From sequence record NC_019503.1: a stretch of DNA of 64,000 nt, one strand, 5' to 3'. The notes beneath the pieces were generated by a model. The model did no database searches and was not told the origin of the DNA. It saw only the letters and a list, made by a program, of their open reading frames with translations. The position numbers and the translations under genes were made by a program. This stretch comes from Escherichia phage ime09. Below, piece by piece: positions 18,868 through 28,071 of this stretch. Position 1 is the first letter of the stretch; every line of letters begins with the position of its first letter.

Positions 18868-19848
18868 TTATTTCAGAAGAGTAACCTCAGCGATTTCTTC
18901 CCAACCGTTTTTATCGGTCATAATAAAGTCAGCAAGATAAAGAGCAGTACGCAGTGAAACATTGCGTAAACGATTAACATTAACTTTCATCCATGATAAT
19001 GCTTTATAAGTTTCTTCATCAGAAAGACCGCGCTTTTGCATCATGTCAGTTGAAAGAATAACATCTTCAACCCTGACCATAATTTCTTCATTAGTGTGAA
19101 CACCCAAATCCAAATAAACCGAGCGGGACACTAATGCTTGTAAATGTGGAGCAAGTTTAGTACCACGGTCTAATTCGCGGTCAATGTCAACGTTTGTGAT
19201 AAAAACAATCGTTCCTTTAAATTCAAACTCACGGTCAATGCCTTTTTCTTCTAAGTAAGAAGATGCAGTGCTCCAGCAGACTTTACGGGTCTCTCCGGTG
19301 TCCAGAGCGGCTTTTAGAAGATTAAGAATGTCCATATCAGAGAAAACATCCACATCATCAATCAAAAGGACAGAATTCTCTTCACGATTATTCCAAAGCT
19401 GCTCATAAAGACCAATACCAGAGATTTTACCATTAATGCTTTTATATTCAATGTATCCAATATCATTTGCTTTATTTAAAGCTTTATCTAAAGAATACGT
19501 TTTACCAATACCTGCTGCGCCAGAGATAATCAATGAACGAATATTTCCGTTAATAATACCATTCGTCATCATTCCCATAACATTAAATCTTTTATTAATG
19601 CGGGTTTTCATATCTTCATACGATTCTTTAACTTCTTCAACTTTTACACCATCATATGAAATATCTGATTTGTAAACCCAAACACCGCGACGTTTACCGT
19701 CAATTTCAACAAAAACTTTACCATCTCCTTGTGCATCTACCGGAGCATTATCTGGGAACCATTCGCCTAAGAGCTCAAAAGTTCCAGAGATTTCTTTACC
19801 GAAGTAGATACCCTTATTGATAGTTACAGTTTTCATTTTATTCTCCAA
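18868..19848 (-). CDS. P-loop NTPase (AAA-like) with ~110-aa N-terminal domain
   Basis: 326 aa, Walker A GAAGIGKT, Walker B VLLIDDVD; own early promoter upstream. Confidence 0.6.
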   Translation of the reverse strand: MENKMKTVTINKGIYFGKEISGTFELLGEWFPDNAPVDAQGDGKVFVEIDGKRRGVWVYKSDISYDGVKVEEVKESYEDMKTRINKRFNVMGMMTNGIINGNIRSLIISGAAGIGKTYSLDKALNKANDIGYIEYKSINGKISGIGLYEQLWNNREENSVLLIDDVDVFSDMDILNLLKAALDTGETRKVCWSTASSYLEEKGIDREFEFKGTIVFITNVDIDRELDRGTKLAPHLQALVSRSVYLDLGVHTNEEIMVRVEDVILSTDMMQKRGLSDEETYKALSWMKVNVNRLRNVSLRTALYLADFIMTDKNGWEEIAEVTLLK

Positions 19849-19867
19849 ATCCGTATCAGTTGATAGT

Positions 19868-19920
19868 TGTATAGTACCATAAAGCTTTATGCTTGTAAAC
19901 TGTTTTGTGAAAATTTTTTG
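19868..19920 (-). promoter_or_regulatory. T4-type early promoter (minus strand) for the ATPase gene
   Basis: plus-strand tatagtacc (19871-19879), tgtaaac (19894-19900), gtgaaaatttttt UP element. Confidence 0.55.
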
Positions 19921-19932
19921 AAATAAAAAAAA

Positions 19933-19950
19933 AGGGAGCCCGAAGGCTCC
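19933..19950 (-). terminator. Rho-independent terminator after the NTase gene
   Basis: GGGAGCCcgaaGGCTCCC hairpin followed by a 9-U run on minus-strand RNA. Confidence 0.7.
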
Positions 19951-19953
19951 CTA

Positions 19954-20967
19954 TCATTTATAATAACTTCGGTGGTTTTCAAGATAAACCCTCTCAAGGA
20001 AGTCATCCCAAAAACCCATGTCTACTTTTTGCTGCATACCGTTCTTAGAAGCTTCAATAGATGCTGCTTCTACTTGATCGACCACATCTTCCAAAAACTC
20101 TTGAACAGTTTTAAATGGGTGTTTACCCAGCTTCACGTCGAGAATAAATGGAGCGTCTTGAAGTGGATAGACTAAGTCACCAGTTTTGTAAATTTCCAAT
20201 AGTTGGAGTCCACCACGACAAGCATGACTCAGTGCTTTCCAGTCAATGCCCTCATTCGCTTCAGCCTTACGAGCACGTTCACCGTATTCGGCATCAAGTT
20301 TATTCAAAGACTGCTTAAGCTCAATAAGAGAAAGTGTTGTCTGATATTTACGACCCAACACAGTGTAGAACGTTTGTGGACCGGTTTTCTCATGATTATG
20401 GAATACCCATTCACAAAACTCGTTTTCAGGGAGTCGGTGTTTGATATCTTCTACCTTAGTTCGGCGTAAACGATCTGGAATTCCCTCTTGGTAATCAACC
20501 CACTGGTCAGGGATTTGATTAACTACTTTCAATACATCACGTAATGCGGCCAAACGAGAACCCTTGACACCGTATTTAGAAGCTTGCTTGCGAACATATC
20601 CTAAATAGGATTTCATGTTAGTCGTATAAAAACGAGAACGATTGTCTTGAATAAACTTCCATACATCAGGCAAATCAGATTTAACTACCAGTTCAGGTGG
20701 AGTGTGGAGCATATCCAATGCTACGGTTTCACCATCTGCTGCTAATTTAAAGAAATACTTAAGACTGTATAGTTCATGGTCAATATCATCTTTGGTGTTT
20801 TTAGATGATGTGTTGTTAGTGTTTTTACTCATATGCTCTTTAACATTTCCAATAAGAATATCGCGAGCAGGAGGAACAAAGATTTCTTTAAAATCTACAT
20901 CAGATTCTGGAGTAGAAGTTCCATAAAGATGACTACCAAAATAGCTTTTCATTACTGTTTTCATCAT
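19954..20967 (-). CDS. Pol-beta-superfamily nucleotidyltransferase-fold protein
   Basis: 337 aa, N-terminal hG[S]x9-13DxD signature (FGSHLYGTSTPESDVDFKEIF) plus downstream acidic residue (ALDML); 4-bp overlap with upstream membrane protein gene. Confidence 0.6.
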   Translation of the reverse strand: MMKTVMKSYFGSHLYGTSTPESDVDFKEIFVPPARDILIGNVKEHMSKNTNNTSSKNTKDDIDHELYSLKYFFKLAADGETVALDMLHTPPELVVKSDLPDVWKFIQDNRSRFYTTNMKSYLGYVRKQASKYGVKGSRLAALRDVLKVVNQIPDQWVDYQEGIPDRLRRTKVEDIKHRLPENEFCEWVFHNHEKTGPQTFYTVLGRKYQTTLSLIELKQSLNKLDAEYGERARKAEANEGIDWKALSHACRGGLQLLEIYKTGDLVYPLQDAPFILDVKLGKHPFKTVQEFLEDVVDQVEAASIEASKNGMQQKVDMGFWDDFLERVYLENHRSYYK

Positions 20968-21425
20968 TCAGCCTTATATTCAATAACAGGACATACTTTA
21001 GCTTTACGCGCTTTTAAAAATTCGACGATAATAGATTTCTTTGGTTGAATAGGAGGTAAACCTTTATACGCCCTATCAATATTTTCTACATGTAAAGCAT
21101 AATCCTTTTTCCATTTATAATCTTTATATTTTTCATGCAGTTGTGCAGGAATAACAAATGAACCAATAATAAGTAAAACAAGCAAAATAGCAAGTATAAA
21201 TGCTGATGGAATAAGAGTCCATAAACTACCAAAAATAAGCCATTTCTGCATGATTTCTGCGCAGATGATAGTTAGACCTGCGAGTATAGTACATCCGAAA
21301 AAAGAAACGAAAAATGTAGGAATAACAATAGACCAAAAATACGCGCACAGTGTCTTAGGTCGTTTCCATTCGTCGTTAAACATTTTGAATAATTTATAAT
21401 GCCAAGAGTTTTCATTAATAATCAT
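20964..21425 (-). CDS. Integral membrane protein (about three transmembrane helices)
   Basis: 153 aa, hydrophobic segments; stop overlaps NTase start (translational coupling). Confidence 0.55.
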   Translation of the reverse strand: MIINENSWHYKLFKMFNDEWKRPKTLCAYFWSIVIPTFFVSFFGCTILAGLTIICAEIMQKWLIFGSLWTLIPSAFILAILLVLLIIGSFVIPAQLHEKYKDYKWKKDYALHVENIDRAYKGLPPIQPKKSIIVEFLKARKAKVCPVIEYKAE

Positions 21426-21427
21426 AA

Positions 21428-21949
21428 TTATCCTTTCATTGAAGGTGTAACAGTTGTTAAATACTTAATCATAGCTTCAGCTTCTGATTTTGATAATGAA
21501 ATTTCTCCATTGTTTTGACGAATAGAAATAAAATCCGGATGACGGTCACCACCAGCTTTCAAAACACACATATAAGTATCAGTTTCATCTTCAATATCTG
21601 AAATGATTGAAGCAGTTCCGCATGAATGTGGTTTTTGATAAATCAATGCAGCTTTTCTTCCACCGTTTGACTGTTCATAAACTTTTAACACATCAAACAA
21701 ATCACTTCTTTTATCAATAGCTAAGATGTTGTTTTCATCTTCAATGTTAAATCCTTCGGATACTTCATAAAGTGTCACCCATAAATCGCCAATATCAATG
21801 ACAGCATTCACCTTTCCATGATTTTCAAGAGCATTACAAATTTTCTTAATTTCATCATAACTCATTTTAATAATATCATCTCCTTGAATAAAGAAGATGT
21901 CATTTTTAAATTCAACGCGAATTAAACCACTTTCACTTGAAATAAACAT
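21428..21949 (-). CDS. Hypothetical protein (paralog pair member)
   Basis: 173 aa; C-terminus ...SKSEAEAMIKYLTTVTPSMKG resembles C-terminus of next gene. Confidence 0.5.
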   Translation of the reverse strand: MFISSESGLIRVEFKNDIFFIQGDDIIKMSYDEIKKICNALENHGKVNAVIDIGDLWVTLYEVSEGFNIEDENNILAIDKRSDLFDVLKVYEQSNGGRKAALIYQKPHSCGTASIISDIEDETDTYMCVLKAGGDRHPDFISIRQNNGEISLSKSEAEAMIKYLTTVTPSMKG

Positions 21950-21955
21950 ATTTCC

Positions 21956-22513
21956 TCACTTTGAAATCATAGTTGGAATGACAGAATCAAGATAAGTCTT
22001 TAGCGCAATAGCTTCGTCTTTGGTAAATGTGACAATATGCGATCGAAAATCATCAATTTGACGAATAGTTAAGACATCTCCATCTTCATAGCATTTTGAC
22101 ACATTTAAAACAGTTTCATCATTCTGATTGCAAGCGTTAGTAATAATAGCATTGCAATTTTTGAGCCATTTTAAACTATGTTTTCTTTCATTAGAATAAT
22201 AAAAATATTTAATCTTATCTATAAAACTATCCCAATGGATAACTGATAAGCACATTGACTCACTTTTAATATTAAATCCTGGGCATGAAGAATAAAAATG
22301 AATTTTGTGCTCATCATTGATGCTTACTATTTTATCAGTATAAGGATATTCAATTTGGGTTAAATGAATGATTTCACTAGGCGTAAAATATAGCATATCG
22401 TCTTCTTGCGTCAAACGATACATGTTATTTACTTTTTCTATAGCCAATTCGCCAAAAAGCGGACTAACTTCTAATACTAATCGTTTCATATTGATTCTCT
22501 TCGACTCACTCAC
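21956..22513 (-). CDS. Hypothetical protein (paralog pair member)
   Basis: 185 aa; C-terminus ...TKDEAIALKTYLDSVIPTMISK. Confidence 0.5.
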   Translation of the reverse strand: MSESKRINMKRLVLEVSPLFGELAIEKVNNMYRLTQEDDMLYFTPSEIIHLTQIEYPYTDKIVSINDEHKIHFYSSCPGFNIKSESMCLSVIHWDSFIDKIKYFYYSNERKHSLKWLKNCNAIITNACNQNDETVLNVSKCYEDGDVLTIRQIDDFRSHIVTFTKDEAIALKTYLDSVIPTMISK

Positions 22514-22644
22514 AATTACATACTCCTTTGAATAATATCAATAATGTTGTTCACCAGATTATAAGTAAACATTGGGTAATTATATTGAATCATCACATAC
22601 ACAACAAACAAAACTTTCATTCTCTTCTCCTTGGCAGTTGACAA

Positions 22645-22680
22645 GATTACTATACCATAACCTTGCCAACTTGTAAACCA
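22645..22680 (-). promoter_or_regulatory. T4-type early promoter (minus strand)
   Basis: plus-strand actatacc (-10 on minus) and tgtaaac (22672-22678). Confidence 0.45.
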
Positions 22681-22853
22681 TTAAATGACGTTTTCAATAA
22701 AATTCTGAAGCTTTGTGTGAGCATCAACCATGATTTTCATTTCTTCCTTTGCGAAAGCTGTACCTCTTTCACGAGAAGAATACTCATAGTCAGAAACTGC
22801 ATTAGCATATTCTTCAATTAGCTTCATTAAAAACATCTGCTTTTCAGTTTTCA
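22681..22853 (-). CDS. Small ORF (57 aa, MKTEKQMFLMKLIEEY...) below the ORF-track cutoff
   Basis: Hand translation of minus strand in otherwise ORF-free gap. Confidence 0.25.
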
Positions 22854-23038
22854 TTATTCCACCTAATCATTTCAAGATATTGAACTAACTTAGCTTTAGA
22901 TTTATCCAAATCCTTTTTAGCTGCTTCTATACCATCGTACGAATATCCTTCACAATGCTCAACTGCCAATTGGTATGAATCTATTTCAATATCACGTGCT
23001 AATTTAATGATTTTTTCAAACTGTTCACGTGTTAGCAT
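22844..23038 (-). CDS. Hypothetical small protein
   Basis: ORF track 64 aa. Confidence 0.4.
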   Translation of the reverse strand: MLTREQFEKIIKLARDIEIDSYQLAVEHCEGYSYDGIEAAKKDLDKSKAKLVQYLEMIRWNNEN

Positions 23039-23040
23039 AC

Positions 23041-23280
23041 TTAAACTCTCGTATTATGATCGATAATTTCATCAAGAAACATATCTAAAGCTTCTACAGC
23101 ATTATCAACTTTAGCTTCAAGTTCTTCAGCGCCTTTATTTGCAATGCCTGACGAAAACCAAGCAAAGTCACTAAGTTCCTCATCTGCTTTGCGAATTAAA
23201 GCCACCAATTCTTTAATTTTATCTGCTTGTTCAATACTAATCATTATTCCACCACATATGAAAGAGAGAATATTGCACAC
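23041..23280 (-). CDS. Hypothetical small protein
   Basis: ORF track 79 aa. Confidence 0.45.
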   Translation of the reverse strand: MCNILSFICGGIMISIEQADKIKELVALIRKADEELSDFAWFSSGIANKGAEELEAKVDNAVEALDMFLDEIIDHNTRV

Positions 23281-23432
23281 GCCATATGAGTTGCAGCTTC
23301 ATCACACATATCATAACGTTTCTTAAGAAGTTCTACAAGTTCTTCACTAGTAACTTCATCCATGTCGACGAAAAAATCACCATTAATAATGACGTAGATA
23401 TTTCCTTCTTGATTAAGTGCTTCAATTTTCAT
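23244..23432 (-). CDS. Hypothetical small protein (start trimmed to MKIEALNQ because a promoter -10 lies inside the longer ORF)
   Basis: ORF track 23244..23477; early promoter at 23456-23492 places the TSS inside the long version. Confidence 0.4.
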   Translation of the reverse strand: MKIEALNQEGNIYVIINGDFFVDMDEVTSEELVELLKKRYDMCDEAATHMACAIFSLSYVVE

Positions 23433-23455
23433 GATGTTCTCCTCTTTATCCGATG

Positions 23456-23492
23456 GTTGTATAGTATCACAGCTCAAATGGAAAGTAAACCG
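23456..23492 (-). promoter_or_regulatory. T4-type early promoter (minus strand)
   Basis: plus-strand tatagtatc (23459-23467) and gtaaac (-35). Confidence 0.45.
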
Positions 23493-23506
23493 GTAAAATG
23501 AAAAAA

Positions 23507-23522
23507 GTCTCCCGAAGGAGAC
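23507..23522 (-). terminator. Rho-independent terminator after rI.-1
   Basis: GTCTCCcgaaGGAGAC hairpin followed by UUUUUU on minus-strand RNA. Confidence 0.7.
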
Positions 23523-23527
23523 TAATG

Positions 23528-23914
23528 TTATTCGAGGGAAAGAAGATATTTACTCTGGTAAAACATCCCAGTAATATCATCTATCGTGCTTTGAATGGCT
23601 GGAGGCATTTCTTTATAAATGCTGTTAGATTGGTCTAGTATGCGATCAATCATTTTAATTGTGTCGGTAGGAAGTTTACTGGCATCTGGAATAGAAGGCG
23701 TGTATTTTCTACCAGAATACCCCAAATATTGCTCACCAAATTTATCAATCAAATCTGGCAACTCAGAGAAAATAAAATCGTATGCTTTGTGTCTAGCATA
23801 ACTTTTAGTTTCAAAATGTGCAGAATGAAAATAAGCTTGTGCAGCCATTAATAAACCTAAGTATTCATCTGCCTTTGAAGGTTTTCCACTTTGTGAAAAG
23901 TCGCTGAATTTCAT
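23528..23914 (-). CDS. Hypothetical protein at the rI.-1 position
   Basis: 128 aa, immediately downstream of rI with 4-bp overlap. Confidence 0.6.
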   Translation of the reverse strand: MKFSDFSQSGKPSKADEYLGLLMAAQAYFHSAHFETKSYARHKAYDFIFSELPDLIDKFGEQYLGYSGRKYTPSIPDASKLPTDTIKMIDRILDQSNSIYKEMPPAIQSTIDDITGMFYQSKYLLSLE

Positions 23915-24204
23915 TCAGTCTCCAATTTAATGTTCATAATTCTAGCGTATGATTGTGCCATCTCCGCGCCTCGTTCTATACATTCAAAATCGGAAGAGCA
24001 CGGGTCATTTTTATAAGTCGTTCGCATAAAACTATAGAACTGTTCAGATGATTCTACGCTTTTATTTTCAAAAAGCATATAAACGTGTCTAATACCAGAT
24101 TCCATAAATTTATCAAAATGAGGATCGACATTCGCTTCAATTGGTGGAGATAAAGCAAACGCTAATCCTAGCATGGCAAATAGTGCCGTTGCTTTTAAGG
24201 CCAT
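23911..24204 (-). CDS. rI: Lysis-inhibition regulator rI (periplasmic antiholin-binding protein)
   Basis: 97 aa, MALKATALFAMLGLAFALSP signal-anchor, near-identical to recalled T4 RI. Confidence 0.9.
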   Translation of the reverse strand: MALKATALFAMLGLAFALSPPIEANVDPHFDKFMESGIRHVYMLFENKSVESSEQFYSFMRTTYKNDPCSSDFECIERGAEMAQSYARIMNIKLETE

Positions 24205-24216
24205 AAAGGCCTCCTA

Positions 24217-24429
24217 TCATTTTTGTCCTGTATTTACTTTATGCCGATGCACGGCCTTAACTTTATCAAGGTATTTTTCAAAATTTCGCAATCTAGTATA
24301 GTCTGCCGGAGATTGGTTGAGTGATACTTCTCGACGCAAAGCTGAAATGATATTTCCAACTTCCCTACGAATTTCATCTAATTGAAGAACAGTAAGATTG
24401 CGAAGTTGCTTTTCAGTTAATTGTAGCAT
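24217..24429 (-). CDS. Hypothetical protein (rI.1 position)
   Basis: ORF track 70 aa. Confidence 0.5.
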
Positions 24430-24471
24430 ATATACCCCTTTAGTTAGATAAACCTATTTATAACTTTTGCA

Positions 24472-25053
24472 CTAACCGAGCTTTTTAGTTAATTCATTCC
24501 AATGTTTTCTGCACAAAGAAACATAAATTTCATCACCAATACAGATTTGATTACCTTCTTTAACTGGTGTTCCATCTTCCATTAATCGAGCTGTCATAAT
24601 AGCTTTTTTACCACAATGACAAACTGCTTTTAGTTCAATAAGTTTATCTGCAATCGCCAAAAGTTCTTTAGAACCTTCAAATAATTTTCCAGCGAAATCA
24701 GTCCTTAGTCCATAAGCCATAACAGGAACATTATATGTATCAACAATTCGGCTTAATTGATGAACCTGTTCAGTTTTTAAAAACTGAGCTTCATCTACAA
24801 ATACACAATGAATATCTTTTTGTGCTTCAGCCCATTTATAGAACTCAAAAATATCCATATCATCCGTAATAATATTCGCTTCCTGTTTAATTCCAATGCG
24901 AGAAACGACTTCACAGACAGAATCGCGAGTATCAATAGCAGGTTTAAGAACTAATACACCCATTCCGCGTTCTTTATAATTATGCGCAGCAGTCAAAAGA
25001 GAAGCAGATTTTCCAGCATTCATTGCTGCATAAGTAAAAATTAAACTCGCCAT
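24472..25053 (-). CDS. tk: Thymidine kinase
   Basis: 193 aa, P-loop MNAGKSASLL, C-terminal Zn-binding Cys pairs; matches T4 tk length. Confidence 0.93.
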   Translation of the reverse strand: MASLIFTYAAMNAGKSASLLTAAHNYKERGMGVLVLKPAIDTRDSVCEVVSRIGIKQEANIITDDMDIFEFYKWAEAQKDIHCVFVDEAQFLKTEQVHQLSRIVDTYNVPVMAYGLRTDFAGKLFEGSKELLAIADKLIELKAVCHCGKKAIMTARLMEDGTPVKEGNQICIGDEIYVSLCRKHWNELTKKLG

Positions 25054-25062
25054 ATCACCTTC

Positions 25063-25269
25063 TTAAAGCGTATTCACATAAGCTATTAATTCGTTTTCTT
25101 TCTTATCAAACCGGTCAGCAAATTCTTCTTGCTGTTCGGGAGATAGCGGGCCGTATTCATCATAAAAGGTGTTTGCTTCTGTATGCTCATCTAGAAGTTC
25201 ATGGATAAGCTTAAACAATTTATCTTTTTGTTCTTTACTCAAACTCATAACCATGTAACCTTTAAGCAA
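25063..25269 (-). CDS. Hypothetical small protein
   Basis: ORF track 68 aa. Confidence 0.45.
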   Translation of the reverse strand: MLKGYMVMSLSKEQKDKLFKLIHELLDEHTEANTFYDEYGPLSPEQQEEFADRFDKKENELIAYVNTL

Positions 25270-25457
25270 TATTCTTCTACATGTTGTTTACGACCTTTCC
25301 TATCAATAAAGGTATATTCAACGAATGTTCCAATATAATCTTTATCTACATCATGAGAACTATTAATTGGGCATTTAGTACGGCAAATGCGTTCCCATTG
25401 ACGAATAATTTCTGCTTTGTTTTTAGGATCAAACGGATGCGGGTAATGTGCTTTCAT
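25245..25457 (-). CDS. Hypothetical small protein
   Basis: ORF track 70 aa. Confidence 0.45.
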   Translation of the reverse strand: MKAHYPHPFDPKNKAEIIRQWERICRTKCPINSSHDVDKDYIGTFVEYTFIDRKGRKQHVEEYCLKVTWL

Positions 25458-25908
25458 AATCCACCACTATTAAATCAATATCAGGAGTAAACATGTCGAT
25501 TAATTTAGAAACCTTATCCCAATCACCGCCAGCAATACCACAACCTATGCGTGGGATGTAAATTACTGGTTTAAACAAAAGGGTCTCTGCCTGTAGATTT
25601 AATTCTATCATGCAGTTTACTAAAGCACCATAATCAAGATTAGGACCTGGTTCGTATTGTGTATACAGATTATAGCATATACCAAATCCCGTAGGACTAT
25701 GTTTAAAAACAATAGACATATCGCCTAATTTATCGCGAGAACCGTACTCGGTAGTAGTTTTATCTATTTCTAAAATTTTGGGATAGGCTCTTGCTAATTG
25801 ACCCGCTACACCTGAACCCATAGTATGAAAACAATTGCACCCGTGCGCAATAATATTACCTTGAAGAAATAGGGCGACAATATCGCCCTTGATATATTTT
25901 ACAATCAT
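25429..25908 (-). CDS. Macro-domain-like protein (putative ADP-ribose binding/hydrolase)
   Basis: 159 aa; N-terminal GDI...AHGCNC...MGSGVAGQLARAYP resembles the macro-domain ligand-binding motifs. Confidence 0.55.
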   Translation of the reverse strand: MIVKYIKGDIVALFLQGNIIAHGCNCFHTMGSGVAGQLARAYPKILEIDKTTTEYGSRDKLGDMSIVFKHSPTGFGICYNLYTQYEPGPNLDYGALVNCMIELNLQAETLLFKPVIYIPRIGCGIAGGDWDKVSKLIDMFTPDIDLIVVDYESTLPASV

Positions 25909-26246
25909 CTAGTACTCAATCCTCGATTATAAGAATCTACTAAACGGTCAACCATTGAATGACAAGCGGCTTTATCTTTCTCCTCCGCAACTGAACATTC
26001 TAAGGTATTCCACTTTTTAGCATATCGTTTTAACAATGTATCATTTTTATATCTACTTGATTTATCTCTTTCTCCGTCTTTATATGCATATATTAATTTC
26101 TGCGCAAATTCAGCTTGGCATGCTTTATTTTTCCCGCAATAATCCGCGGCAGTACGGTTTACATACTCTCTAATTTCAGTATATGATGTATTTGCTAACG
26201 CAGAAAATGAAATTAATCCTATACATAAAACCAAAATTTTAGTCAT
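25905..26246 (-). CDS. Secreted small Cys-containing protein
   Basis: 113 aa with N-terminal signal peptide MTKILVLCIGLISFSALA. Confidence 0.5.
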   Translation of the reverse strand: MTKILVLCIGLISFSALANTSYTEIREYVNRTAADYCGKNKACQAEFAQKLIYAYKDGERDKSSRYKNDTLLKRYAKKWNTLECSVAEEKDKAACHSMVDRLVDSYNRGLSTR

Positions 26247-26784
26247 TTACTATTTCCAAAAGTTTATTATTTTTAAGGTAGTTAGCCTTTTCTAGGACTT
26301 CAGAAGCATATTTAGAACCTGCTTTAACATTCCATCCCGAATTATAAGAGGATATAGCCTTTCTTATATCGCCCTTATGTATATTTAACCAATAAGAAAG
26401 TTCAATGTACGCCCAGGAAGCTGAATTGGACCGTTTATTCAACATTCTTTTTATTTCAGTATCGGTCATATTATAACCAAGTTCCTTGACTCTCGCTCGC
26501 ATAGTAGGCAAATAATTTTGGAACATTCCATAGGCATGATGCTTTGGTTTAGATTTTAAATTAACTCCGGCAGAGCTTTCTTGCCATAAAATAGCAGCCA
26601 TTATATGACCCAATCCGCTCTTGTGGATATTTTTGTGTGTTTTATATTTTCCATCCTTAGAAAATTGTTCCCCGAATTGATACGCGTAACGCATGTTATC
26701 GAGTTGGACATTACTGAAAGTATGCTCGGAGCTATGTGCCATCATAGAAATGGCCAATAGACCAGCGAGTAGTGCTTTTCTCAT
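26239..26784 (-). CDS. Secreted lytic transglycosylase-like protein (SLT domain)
   Basis: 181 aa, signal peptide MRKALLAGLLAISMMAHS, SLT-like motifs WQESS (catalytic Glu), GMFQ, SYNSG. Confidence 0.6.
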   Translation of the reverse strand: MRKALLAGLLAISMMAHSSEHTFSNVQLDNMRYAYQFGEQFSKDGKYKTHKNIHKSGLGHIMAAILWQESSAGVNLKSKPKHHAYGMFQNYLPTMRARVKELGYNMTDTEIKRMLNKRSNSASWAYIELSYWLNIHKGDIRKAISSYNSGWNVKAGSKYASEVLEKANYLKNNKLLEIVND

Positions 26785-26791
26785 GCTTACC

Positions 26792-27253
26792 TCATTGAGT
26801 TTTAATTACTGCTTTAGAAGCCTTTCCTGGTAAACGACGACTGTTGATAATTGCCATCCTACACTGAAGTGACGGGTCTTTGAACTTCGCATTAGGTTTA
26901 CAAACTGTAAATCCAAGCCAAAGATTTCCATCTGTGATTTCTAAACGCCCAGGACGATATTCAACCCCATCAATAAAATCCTCGTCAATGTCAGGACGCG
27001 GAGGCATACTCAGGAATTCATTAACTTCTAAAACATGGTCTTTTATTTTATGGAATAATTCAAAAACATATGTCTCATCAATCTCCCGCTGAATTGCACG
27101 ATCAAGAAGATGCTGAGAATATTTTAGATGAAACGATGAGACTCCTGCTGCTTTTGATGCCTCACGAATCTCATTGTTAATTTGACGAAACTCCGACTCA
27201 AAGTGACGACGGAGCTTATTTCGACGGATAAAAACTTCTGTGTTGATAGTCAT
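26792..27253 (-). CDS. regB: Sequence-specific endoribonuclease RegB
   Basis: 153 aa, same length and position as T4 RegB; own early promoter upstream. Confidence 0.8.
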   Translation of the reverse strand: MTINTEVFIRRNKLRRHFESEFRQINNEIREASKAAGVSSFHLKYSQHLLDRAIQREIDETYVFELFHKIKDHVLEVNEFLSMPPRPDIDEDFIDGVEYRPGRLEITDGNLWLGFTVCKPNAKFKDPSLQCRMAIINSRRLPGKASKAVIKTQ

Positions 27254-27279
27254 GTTATTCTCCTCTTAACTGATAGAAA

Positions 27280-27312
27280 AATTATACCACAGTCAAGAGG
27301 AAAAGTAAACAG
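27280..27312 (-). promoter_or_regulatory. T4-type early promoter (minus strand) for regB
   Basis: plus-strand attataccac (-10 on minus) and gtaaac (27305-27310). Confidence 0.5.
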
Positions 27313-27633
27313 TTATTCTTTAAATCTAATCAATTTATTCATAGACTTTGAAACTTCTGCACGAACCTCATGTAGGTTTTTGAGCTGTTCAAGACGTTGC
27401 TCATAGTAAGCAATTTCATCTTCTTCGAGACAGTCCTGTGAATCTTCTTTAAGATATCGTGCATAGTCCTGGAAAGCTTTACGGACTACTTCCTGGAAGT
27501 CATCAAGACTTTGAATTTTCTTAGGAGCAGCAGATACACGACGAGGGGCAGTATAATACTCATAACCAAACCCTGCGCTTAATTGAGCCATTAATATTTT
27601 TCCTCTGGTTGAAACACTGCGCGACAAGCCCAC
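27313..27633 (-). CDS. Hypothetical protein (vs.3 position)
   Basis: ORF track 106 aa. Confidence 0.5.
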   Translation of the reverse strand: MGLSRSVSTRGKILMAQLSAGFGYEYYTAPRRVSAAPKKIQSLDDFQEVVRKAFQDYARYLKEDSQDCLEEDEIAYYEQRLEQLKNLHEVRAEVSKSMNKLIRFKE

Positions 27634-27893
27634 ATACTGGCTTCTTTGAGCTTCGTTTTAGCAATAGTTAACTGATCGATGCTTTCAGCATAATTCTTCG
27701 CGAATTCATAGTCTTCGCAATTATTTAGCACTTCCCAGAATTCGTCATATAAAGCATCAAAAATAAGTCCTAAACGAACTTCAGCATCTTTGATAGCATT
27801 CACTTTACCGATTTTCTCTTCAGTATGTGGCTTATAACCCTTAATATCTTCAATCATATTTGACTTCCTCACCAGTACATAAATCATATTCAA
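27591..27893 (-). CDS. Hypothetical protein at the vs.4 position; candidate Acb2-like anti-CBASS sponge by synteny only
   Basis: ~100 aa ORF two genes past regB; start may be internal (MIEDIKGYK). Confidence 0.45.
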   Translation of the reverse strand: MNMIYVLVRKSNMIEDIKGYKPHTEEKIGKVNAIKDAEVRLGLIFDALYDEFWEVLNNCEDYEFAKNYAESIDQLTIAKTKLKEASMWACRAVFQPEEKY

Positions 27894-28071
27894 CTAAACG
27901 AATAGGTTCATGAATGCCATATCCTTGAACAGAAATTTCTGTCGTAGGATAAATTCCATCAATATCACCCATGGTCCACGCTTCATTAAATTGCTGTTCG
28001 CCTGAATTACTAAACCATTCTGCGAAAGCATTTAACACATCTTTAGAACCTTCAATAATTATCTTTGCCAT
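27850..28071 (-). CDS. Hypothetical small protein
   Basis: ORF track 73 aa. Confidence 0.45.
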   Translation of the reverse strand: MAKIIIEGSKDVLNAFAEWFSNSGEQQFNEAWTMGDIDGIYPTTEISVQGYGIHEPIRLVEYDLCTGEEVKYD

